Of a stretch of DNA of 64,000 nt, positions 56,851 through 64,000 are shown piece after piece. The position numbers and the translations under genes were made by a program. Within the stretch, counting starts at the first letter, position 1, and each line of letters begins with the position of its first letter. The notes beneath the pieces were generated by a model. That model worked only from the letters and a program-made list of their open reading frames with translations, searched no databases and was not told where the DNA came from. Origin of the DNA: a virus; the IMG/VR virus record IMGVR_UViG_3300036852_000503. One strand, 5' to 3'.

Positions 56851-59430
56851 TTAAACCTCCTTGAGAATGCGCTTGCCCAGCATTGCCATGACGTGCTTGA
56901 GCGCGTCGCTGTCACGCTCCTGCTCGGTCATGATGTTGCCGATGGTCATGAAGCCCGCGGCCACCAGCGACTGCGGTACGCCGCTGGCGATGCGCGCCCG
57001 CGTGCGCAGGTGGAAGCCCGCGACGTTGACGCCGAGTAGACCGACCAGGCGCAGCTCGCCGCCGATGCGCCGCCAGTCGCCGCTCACTCGGCCGGACGCC
57101 CGCAAATCGTGCACGCGCGCCGACTCGGCGTGCGGTCGGATCGCGCCGGCGACCCAGATGCCGACCTCGTCGTTACCCACGACGACGTCGGCGACGACGC
57201 TGCCCGTGTTGTCGTAGTGCTCGGCGGCGCGCGACGCGCGGTACGACAGCGGCGCGTGGCCGGTGGCCACCGTGATCTGGCCCACGGCGACGTGCGAGCC
57301 GTCGGCGCACACCACCTCACCGGTCATGAAGTACGGGTGCGCGTCCTCGACCGGCGGGCTCACGCAGATGTCGTCGAACCCGACGTGGCACTCACCCCAC
57401 TGCGCGGCGTGCCCGTAGACGCGACCCTGGTCGGTGATGGTGATGCCGACGGGAACGCTGAGTCCCGGGTTCTCGAACCACGCGCTCGGCGGTCGCCACG
57501 CGTCCAGCTTGGCCTGCTCGGCCGCGGCCACCAGCGTCGCGTCGTTGAACTGCGCCGGTGGTGGCTCGCGGTCGGCGTCGCGGAGGTGCGCGGCCAGGTG
57601 ATCGTAAATACCCTGACGCTCGCCGGCCGGCACCGTTGTGCCGCCTCGACCGCCGTTGAGTACGCCGATGCCGCTGGAGCACGCCGTGAGGTTGGCCGCG
57701 CCGGGCTTGCCGTCGGCCCCGACCTCGTGGTGCAGGAACTTGGCGGCCGACTTCGTGACCTTGCCGTTCTCCACCGCACCGTCGTCGAGCCAAGCGTAGC
57801 CCATGCGAGCCGTGTCGACGGACATCGGCGACGGCAACCGCTTCTCGTTGATGCCAACATCCCAGGGGACATCTGACGTGGCCGTAGAATGCGTGCCAAC
57901 GGCGCCAAACTTCAGCTCCGCTACGGCTGCCAGGGCGGCCGTGAGCGCGTCGACGTCGTCGCCGACCAGCGAGACGGTCGCCTCGACGAATGCCGGGATG
58001 TCGACCAGTGTGGCCCCGCGAACGCGCCCGCCGTGGTATACGATCTTCTCCGGGCGGCCGAACAGCGCGTCCAGTGGGTTGCCGGCGTCGCCCTCGTCCC
58101 CCGTGGGCGACTCCGGCCAGACGACCTCGACGTCCGCGTCGGCGATGTCGTCGGCGTCGATCGAGATGCCGCCCGCGAAGCCGTCGTTGAGCCTGCGGCG
58201 GATCTCGAAGCCGTCGGGGCTCTTGATGTCGAGCACGCCCGCGCCCATGATCTTCTCGCCGTCGCGCCACACCTTGTCGGCTCGACCGACGGTCACGGTG
58301 ACGTCGTGCTCGCCGCCGTGCGCCGTCTCCTTCTGCCAGCGGATCAGCACCTGGTCCGCCCACGTGAGCGCGCCGGGTGCGAACTCGCGACCGTCGCCGG
58401 TGGTGATGCCCTCGACGGCCAGGACGCCCGTCCACAAGCGCGCCTTCTCGAACTCGGCGTCGGTCATGAACGAACCGTCGCCAACACGCTGGTAGCCGGC
58501 GGGCGTCTCGCCGTCGCCGGGCATCATCTTGTCGCCAGGCATGCCGTCACCACCGGTCACGGCGAACGTACTGGTCGAGACGACGCCCATCTTTCCACCT
58601 TCGTCGTTGGTGTAGAGCGCGGCAATCTGCTCGTCGGCGGACTGCTCGGTGTCGTGGCAACCCATGACCTCGTCGTTGTCATCCTGCACGACGGCCCACG
58701 GTTCGGCCGCCGAGCACGCGGCGTGGTTCTCCACCTTGTGCCACGGCATCGGTGCACCTCCCAATGATGATGTTAGTGTAACAGGTTCGCCCAACGGCAC
58801 GTCGGTGACGTCATTCCCGAACGCGACACGGACCTGATCGAACGTCACCGGGCCGACTCGCTCCGAAACGGCATCCAGTAGATCCTCATCTGAGTACGCA
58901 ATGCAAATGTGCGGCTGCCACGGCATGTGCTGCTCGGGCATGTCGAATTCGCTGAGATTCGACCTAATGAGGGCACGGATCGTCGCGAGCTGCGACTGAC
59001 CGTCCTCACTGGTCTCGTCGCTCGCGTCGCCGACGTTGACGACCCACGCCGGCTCGTCGCTCCCGGGGTTCCAGTGTGCCACGCCGAACGCGTTGCCCTG
59101 GATCGGCCAGAACTCACGGGCCACCTCCGTCACCGCGTCGACGACGTAGTTGCGCACGTCATCCGGGAAGTCGCTCTTACCCAGGTACCAGAGGGTGAGG
59201 TGCAGCTCGTCGGCGGGTTCGTACCCGTCGAGCGCGAGTCGCGCGACGTCGGCGTCGCTTGGGACCAGGGCGATCATGCCACCGTCGAACTTATCTGTGT
59301 TAACTGCCGCGGTGACGACGTCCAGAGGTTCACCGTTGAGTAGTCGTGTGATCTCGTCGTTGGTGAAGCCCTCGTCCTCATCCACCACGGTGAACATGAC
59401 GTTATTCGGATCGGACAACGGCGTTGACAC
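56851..59430 (-). CDS. Capsid maturation protease with an N-terminal 2H (LigT-like) phosphoesterase domain
   Basis: 859 aa. Residues about 50-205 carry two HxT/S-type motifs (ELHLTLWYLG; QPHICIAYS) in LigT-like spacing. The middle and C-terminal parts resemble prohead protease regions (GVLAVEGITTGDGREF..., GHAAQWGECHVGF). Confidence 0.6.
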   Translation of the reverse strand: MSTPLSDPNNVMFTVVDEDEGFTNDEITRLLNGEPLDVVTAAVNTDKFDGGMIALVPSDADVARLALDGYEPADELHLTLWYLGKSDFPDDVRNYVVDAVTEVAREFWPIQGNAFGVAHWNPGSDEPAWVVNVGDASDETSEDGQSQLATIRALIRSNLSEFDMPEQHMPWQPHICIAYSDEDLLDAVSERVGPVTFDQVRVAFGNDVTDVPLGEPVTLTSSLGGAPMPWHKVENHAACSAAEPWAVVQDDNDEVMGCHDTEQSADEQIAALYTNDEGGKMGVVSTSTFAVTGGDGMPGDKMMPGDGETPAGYQRVGDGSFMTDAEFEKARLWTGVLAVEGITTGDGREFAPGALTWADQVLIRWQKETAHGGEHDVTVTVGRADKVWRDGEKIMGAGVLDIKSPDGFEIRRRLNDGFAGGISIDADDIADADVEVVWPESPTGDEGDAGNPLDALFGRPEKIVYHGGRVRGATLVDIPAFVEATVSLVGDDVDALTAALAAVAELKFGAVGTHSTATSDVPWDVGINEKRLPSPMSVDTARMGYAWLDDGAVENGKVTKSAAKFLHHEVGADGKPGAANLTACSSGIGVLNGGRGGTTVPAGERQGIYDHLAAHLRDADREPPPAQFNDATLVAAAEQAKLDAWRPPSAWFENPGLSVPVGITITDQGRVYGHAAQWGECHVGFDDICVSPPVEDAHPYFMTGEVVCADGSHVAVGQITVATGHAPLSYRASRAAEHYDNTGSVVADVVVGNDEVGIWVAGAIRPHAESARVHDLRASGRVSGDWRRIGGELRLVGLLGVNVAGFHLRTRARIASGVPQSLVAAGFMTIGNIMTEQERDSDALKHVMAMLGKRILKEV

Positions 59431-62400
59431 TAGGCACCTCCCTCAACGACGACGCGAAGCTTCACTACTCGATCTTTTGGATTATCTGGGTGCGGCTGCG
59501 AACTGATGATCTTAAACTGCGTGCCGGGCGCCAGCGCCATCTCATTCTCATCCGGCCAGTAACTTAGCTCCTTGAGCCACGCCATTCGCGAGCCCTTGGG
59601 CGCGTCGATTTCAATGTGAACGTTGCCGCTCCAAATCCCATTCTTGATGCTCGTGCTCATGACGCCCTTGTCCGTGATGGTCTTACCCACCATCTCGTCC
59701 AGTTTTTCAGGCACGTACACACCAAACGAGTTAAATGTAGTCTTGCGATACAGCACAATGTCGTCGGTGCTTGTCTTCATTGCCGCGTTGATCTGCGCAA
59801 TAGTCTTGCGGGTGCCCTCCGTGCAACCTTGGTAGCCGGTGCCGCGTAGGCAGTTGTTGACCTGAACGTACGCCGGACCTGTGTACTTCTTAAGCGCGGC
59901 GCGCTGCGCACCGTTGATCGGCGGCGGATCGACCACGTTCATACGCTTCTGCAGTTCGTTCGCGTCAGCCTCCGTGAGCTCACGCGGTAGCGGTGTGAAC
60001 GACACCGTGGGTTTGGGGGTTGGGTTGCTTTGCAGCAACGCGTGCTTCTTACCACCAGGTGTTTCGAGAAACGCGTGAACCTTGGTGTAGAACGGCTTGG
60101 TGGGGCCACCTTTGTCCGACTGGTCCATAATGTTGAGCGCATCGTTCATAGTTAGTCCAGGATGTGTCTTGGACACTTCGAACGCGGCGTCGTACATCTT
60201 CTTGCCCGGACTGCTCGCCTTGGCGCTGTGCTTCTGGAAGATGGCCTTCGTCTTGATCACGTCATCAACTGGGTACTTCTTCTCGATGACTGGTGTCGGC
60301 ATGTTCAACACAGGCTCGATCGGCTTCTCACCGGTGATGTACCGGTCGATAAGATCTTGCCGGCGCAGCGTGAGCTTCTGCTTGAGCTTAGCCGCGGTGG
60401 CGCCGGTGAACCCGGCGGCGTCTACCAGCTGATTGATCTGGTGAGGTTCGATGGCCTCGATTTTCTTGACACCCTTGCGAATGTCGTCGTCGGTGATGTC
60501 GGCGTAGATCTTTGCAGCAATTGGGTTGAGAGTCTTATCACGCAGCGAGCTGGTTTCGGTAACGGCGTCGCCAAAGTTGAGACCCTTCGGTGACCCATCC
60601 GCACGGTAGAGTAGTGAGCCACTTGGGTCTGTGCGCACCGGGTGGCCTGGCTTATCGGCGATGATGTTCTCACCGTAACCGCCGACCTCCGTGTTGCCAA
60701 GCCACGCGTCGATCGCGAAGTCCTCGTACAACTTACTCTTAAACTGTGGGTTGTCCATGTTCTGCGACATCTTGCCGAGGCCCTGGACGTGCTTCCACTG
60801 CGTGCCTAGTTCATTGGTCTTGCCATGGAAGAACATGTTGTCGACGGCGACGAACTCGGCATCGGGCACGTCGACGCCCGCGAGCTGGTACAGCTTACTT
60901 GCCAGAAGCGTGTTGCGGGCGGCCGACTGCGAGGGCGCGGACCTAACGTAGACTTCATCACCGTTCGGATCGGCGAACACCGCGCCCTTCGCGAAGCTGG
61001 GAGGCGTCAACCGCTTGTATCCGGCCATGGGCTTGACGTTGGCGATCGACGTCAGGGGCGACTTAGGCACCGTGGGCGACGTGGTCAACGGAGCCGACGT
61101 GGTGGGTGCGGCTGGTGCGGCCGGCGTCGTCGGCGCGATCGTCTTGACCAATTCGTCCGACGTGACCGGCTTGGTTGACGCGCTCGGTCCAGGTGCGCTC
61201 GGCTGCTTACTGGCGCCGCTTCCGTACCGATTGATCAGATCCTGACGCCGGGCCTTCAACTTCGTCTTCAGTTCTTCCGAGGTGTTGCCGGAGCTGAAGT
61301 TCGCCGCGTCCACCATGTCGTCGATCTGCTTAGGTGTGATGGCCTCGATCTTGGCCACACCCCTGCGAATGTCCTCGTCGGTGATGTCGGCAAAGATCTT
61401 CGCGCTCTGCGCGTTGAGCGCGGGGTTGCGCAGCGTGTTGATCTCGGTGACCGTGTCGCCGAAGCTTGAACCCTTCGGCGTACCTTGCGCGCGGAAGAGT
61501 AGCGCGCCGCCGGAGTCGATGCGCGCCGGCTCGCCGCTCTTGTCGGTGATGACGTTGTCGTAACCCAAGCCGACGACATCCCAGTTTGCGAGCCACGCGT
61601 CGGCGGCGAAACCCTCATAGAACTTACGCTTGAATTCTGGATCCTTGATTCTCGTCGCGATGTTGGTGTCACCCGTGATGATGCGCGACTTGGTGCCGAG
61701 CGCGCCGTTCTTTCCCGGAAACGACGCGTCGTCCAACTTGACCAGCTCGACGTCCGGCGTCCGAACGCCCGCGAGTTCGTACAGCTTGTTGGCCAACACC
61801 TCGTTCTTGGCGTGGTTACCGCTCTTCGACGCCTTCACGTAGTGAAAGTCACCGTTGGGATCGATAAACGACCCACCCTGCTGCGATCCTTGCTTCCCAC
61901 CTACCTTGGTGAACCCCGCCATTGGCATGGGGTCGTCGATCAGCTTCTTAGGCTTGGCGGGTGTCGTCGCCTGCGCCGCGGTCGGACCGTTGTCGTCACC
62001 CGGCTCGAACCACTCGGCGTCGTACGACTTAATGGCGTCATACGCCTTGGTCTTAATGGCCGTCTGGTCAACCTGCCACTCGCCGTTGGCCTGCCTACTC
62101 TGCAGACTGTACCGGTCGCCCTCCCACACGATGCGCTTGTCACCGCTCTTGTTCGTGGCGAGCGTCGTGCCGGCTGGTCGCTTCTTATGCACCAGGGCGT
62201 GCGTGATCTTAAGAGGCTTACCCGGCGTCTTGGCACTAGGTGACGTTCTGGACGGCGCACCAGGTGACGTTGTCGTCGGCACGTTCGTCGTCGCCGTCTT
62301 ACCCTCGTCACCCGGCTCGAACCACGAGGGCGCGTACGCGTTGACCGCCACGTACGCCTTGGTCTTGATCGCGGTCTGATCGGTCTGCCACTCACCGCTG

Positions 62401-63698
62401 GATCGCTTGTGTTGGAGGTTGTACTGCGTGCCGTCCCAGACGACCCGCTTGCTCTGGTCACCGCTCACCGCCGTGACGGTGCCCGGCTCACGCTTCTTGT
62501 GAATGAACGCGTGCGTGATCTTTACCTGCTTGCCGAGTGCACCGGCTGAGCTGGACTTACCGGACGGCCCAGGTGGGCTACCCAAGTCTCCCGCACTCGG
62601 CGCACCCGACGACTTAGCAGCCGAGTCGTCATCGTCATCCGGCGTGAACCACTCGGTATCGAAAGCCTTGATCGCGTTGTACGCCTTGGTCTTAATCGCA
62701 GTCTCTTCAACGGTCCACTCGCCGTTAGGCTGCTTCCGCTGGAGATTATAATACATACCTCCCCACACAGCACGCTTATCACCGGTCTTGTTGATCGCAA
62801 TGACCGTTCCCGGCTCGTGCTTCTTGTGGATCAGCGCGTGCGTGATCTTAAGTGACTTGCTGGACGCGCCACCCGGAGTCTTGGCGAACTTACCGTCGCT
62901 GTCGCGTGGGTGCTTTCCCGGAGTCCAGTTGGGCGACGCCGCGGCGGCCAACGTGTCGTCGTAGTCGAGGAACTCATCATCCGGGATGTCCCAGATCAAA
63001 GTGCACCTGCAGTTAATGGTCTCACCCGGCGGTGCGGTGGGATCGTGCGGCCGGTCCATCGGGTAGCCGCCTACCGTGAACTTTCCGCGCATGTCGACGA
63101 CCTCGCCGTTGACGGCGACGTGCGTCGGGCGCGTGTGGCCGTCGTGCGTGGCGAGCCACTCCTTGGTGGCGTCCAGCGTCGTGGCCGTCATCTGCGCGTA
63201 CGAGCCCGCCTCGCTCGCGGCCATCACCTCGTTGCGCGCGATCACTTCGGCGCGCGGCAGCGCGATGTCGGTGGTCGCGACGATGCGATCACGGATCTGG
63301 TCGATGCTCTCGCCGTTGAGGTTGCCCTCGATCATCTGCTCCCGCGCGACGTTCCAGACTAGGTCGCCGATGTCGCGCAGCCGGTTCTTAACGCCCACGC
63401 GAAAGAAGTCGGCGATCGACTGCACCACGCGCGGAATGCTGATGGCCGCGGTCAGCGCGTGCTCGTGTAGCTGCCGCCACGTGTCGTCCGCCGACTCCCG
63501 CCACACGCGCATGACGTGATCGGCGAGTCGCTGGTCGATGCGAATCGCCCACTGCGTGCGGATCGTGATGAGGTCGTCCACGCTACGCACGCGTGATGCG
63601 ACGTGCTTCAGCGTCGCTGTGACTTCACGCCGGACGAGCGCGGCGAACTCGTCGCCGCGCCGGTCCAGCTGCTCAAGAGTGGGACCCGTTACGCGCAC
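59430..63698 (-). CDS. MuF-like minor capsid protein fused to repeats, two kinase-like modules and a C-terminal ADP-ribosyltransferase toxin domain
   Basis: 1422 aa. MuF/SPP1 gp7 motif HTRPTHVAVNGEVV...PPGETINCRCTL. Three repeats of about 70 aa (KITHA(L/F)(I/V)HKK...AIKTKAY...WF(E/T)P). Two paralogous modules of about 235 aa. ART R-S-E motifs VLYRKT, VMSTSIK, PDENEMA. Confidence 0.85.
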   Translation of the reverse strand: MRVTGPTLEQLDRRGDEFAALVRREVTATLKHVASRVRSVDDLITIRTQWAIRIDQRLADHVMRVWRESADDTWRQLHEHALTAAISIPRVVQSIADFFRVGVKNRLRDIGDLVWNVAREQMIEGNLNGESIDQIRDRIVATTDIALPRAEVIARNEVMAASEAGSYAQMTATTLDATKEWLATHDGHTRPTHVAVNGEVVDMRGKFTVGGYPMDRPHDPTAPPGETINCRCTLIWDIPDDEFLDYDDTLAAAASPNWTPGKHPRDSDGKFAKTPGGASSKSLKITHALIHKKHEPGTVIAINKTGDKRAVWGGMYYNLQRKQPNGEWTVEETAIKTKAYNAIKAFDTEWFTPDDDDDSAAKSSGAPSAGDLGSPPGPSGKSSSAGALGKQVKITHAFIHKKREPGTVTAVSGDQSKRVVWDGTQYNLQHKRSSGEWQTDQTAIKTKAYVAVNAYAPSWFEPGDEGKTATTNVPTTTSPGAPSRTSPSAKTPGKPLKITHALVHKKRPAGTTLATNKSGDKRIVWEGDRYSLQSRQANGEWQVDQTAIKTKAYDAIKSYDAEWFEPGDDNGPTAAQATTPAKPKKLIDDPMPMAGFTKVGGKQGSQQGGSFIDPNGDFHYVKASKSGNHAKNEVLANKLYELAGVRTPDVELVKLDDASFPGKNGALGTKSRIITGDTNIATRIKDPEFKRKFYEGFAADAWLANWDVVGLGYDNVITDKSGEPARIDSGGALLFRAQGTPKGSSFGDTVTEINTLRNPALNAQSAKIFADITDEDIRRGVAKIEAITPKQIDDMVDAANFSSGNTSEELKTKLKARRQDLINRYGSGASKQPSAPGPSASTKPVTSDELVKTIAPTTPAAPAAPTTSAPLTTSPTVPKSPLTSIANVKPMAGYKRLTPPSFAKGAVFADPNGDEVYVRSAPSQSAARNTLLASKLYQLAGVDVPDAEFVAVDNMFFHGKTNELGTQWKHVQGLGKMSQNMDNPQFKSKLYEDFAIDAWLGNTEVGGYGENIIADKPGHPVRTDPSGSLLYRADGSPKGLNFGDAVTETSSLRDKTLNPIAAKIYADITDDDIRKGVKKIEAIEPHQINQLVDAAGFTGATAAKLKQKLTLRRQDLIDRYITGEKPIEPVLNMPTPVIEKKYPVDDVIKTKAIFQKHSAKASSPGKKMYDAAFEVSKTHPGLTMNDALNIMDQSDKGGPTKPFYTKVHAFLETPGGKKHALLQSNPTPKPTVSFTPLPRELTEADANELQKRMNVVDPPPINGAQRAALKKYTGPAYVQVNNCLRGTGYQGCTEGTRKTIAQINAAMKTSTDDIVLYRKTTFNSFGVYVPEKLDEMVGKTITDKGVMSTSIKNGIWSGNVHIEIDAPKGSRMAWLKELSYWPDENEMALAPGTQFKIISSQPHPDNPKDRVVKLRVVVEGGA

Positions 63699-64000
63699 CG
63701 TTCACCCGCCGTTCTGCATCGGCAATCAACTGCTCGTCGTGCGGGAACACACGACTGCCAATGATGAACTCACCCTTGGTGTCGAGCCAGCACTCGTAGC
63801 TACCGTTCGTGCCGGGGTGCACGCTGACGCCCTCGAACGTCGCGTGCGTGAACGGGCACGAGAACAGCTTCGGCTGACACAGTAGCGGGTGCTTGAGGCG
63901 CCAGCCGGCGACGGTGAACTCGATGACGTGCGTCGACTTCGCCTGCAGGATGGTGAACGCGTAGTCACGCGAGCCCGCCTGGGTCGACGCCGCCGGAGCC
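63673..64000 (-). CDS. 3' end of an upstream structural gene (probably portal), partial
   Basis: Not in the ORF track. The frame is open from the window edge to TGA 63673-75 with high GC3; ...YAFTILQAKSTHVIEFTVAGWRLKHPLLCQPKLFSCPFTHATFEGVSVHPGTNGSYECWLDTKGEFIIGSRVFPHDEQLIADAERRVNGARNGSHS. Overlaps the MuF start by 26 nt. Confidence 0.6.
   Translation of the reverse strand, partial: APAASTQAGSRDYAFTILQAKSTHVIEFTVAGWRLKHPLLCQPKLFSCPFTHATFEGVSVHPGTNGSYECWLDTKGEFIIGSRVFPHDEQLIADAERRVNGARNGSHS

Noticed and set aside
1-64000. CRISPR arrays, rRNA genes, transposases/IS elements, integrase.
   Set aside because: No regularly spaced direct repeats with unique spacers, no rRNA-like conserved stretches, and no DDE/tyrosine/serine recombinase motifs were seen in any long ORF.

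Overview
High-GC (about two thirds G+C by eye) tailed actinobacteriophage-like segment. No rRNA, CRISPR array, transposase or integrase was seen. There are three transcription blocks. (1) 55-14199, minus strand: an early block of many small, translationally coupled genes (ATGA/GTGA overlaps), bounded by rtcB at the left and a primase/helicase at the right. (2) 14563-39259, plus strand: a tRNA/tRNA-like cluster, nucleotide-metabolism genes (P-loop kinase fused to a UDG-like domain, thymidylate-synthase-family enzyme, dCMP deaminase, NTP pyrophosphohydrolase), replication and recombination genes (Pol I, RuvC-like, SNF2, Cas4-like nuclease, Sak4-like ATPase), a sugar-nucleotide-type gene cluster, an interrupted C5 DNA methyltransferase and a WhiB-family regulator. 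(3) 39373-64000, minus strand: glycosyltransferase, endolysin, minor tail proteins, tape measure, tail chaperones, connectors, capsid, protease, and a 1422-aa MuF fusion carrying an ADP-ribosyltransferase domain. The most unusual signals: several tRNA-like elements that are not canonical tRNAs, including two whose 3' half lies upstream of the matching 5' half, in a genome that encodes RtcB; a candidate DNA or virion glycan modification pathway; a 2H phosphoesterase domain fused to the capsid protease; a 5-nt interruption in the catalytic motif of the C5 methyltransferase; an in-frame TAG in a small membrane-protein gene; and repeated promoter/leader modules. All functional calls come from motifs read in the translations and from base pairing counted by hand. 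No searches or folding programs were run. Several real genes are shorter than the ORF-track cut-off and were found by reading third-position G/C bias.
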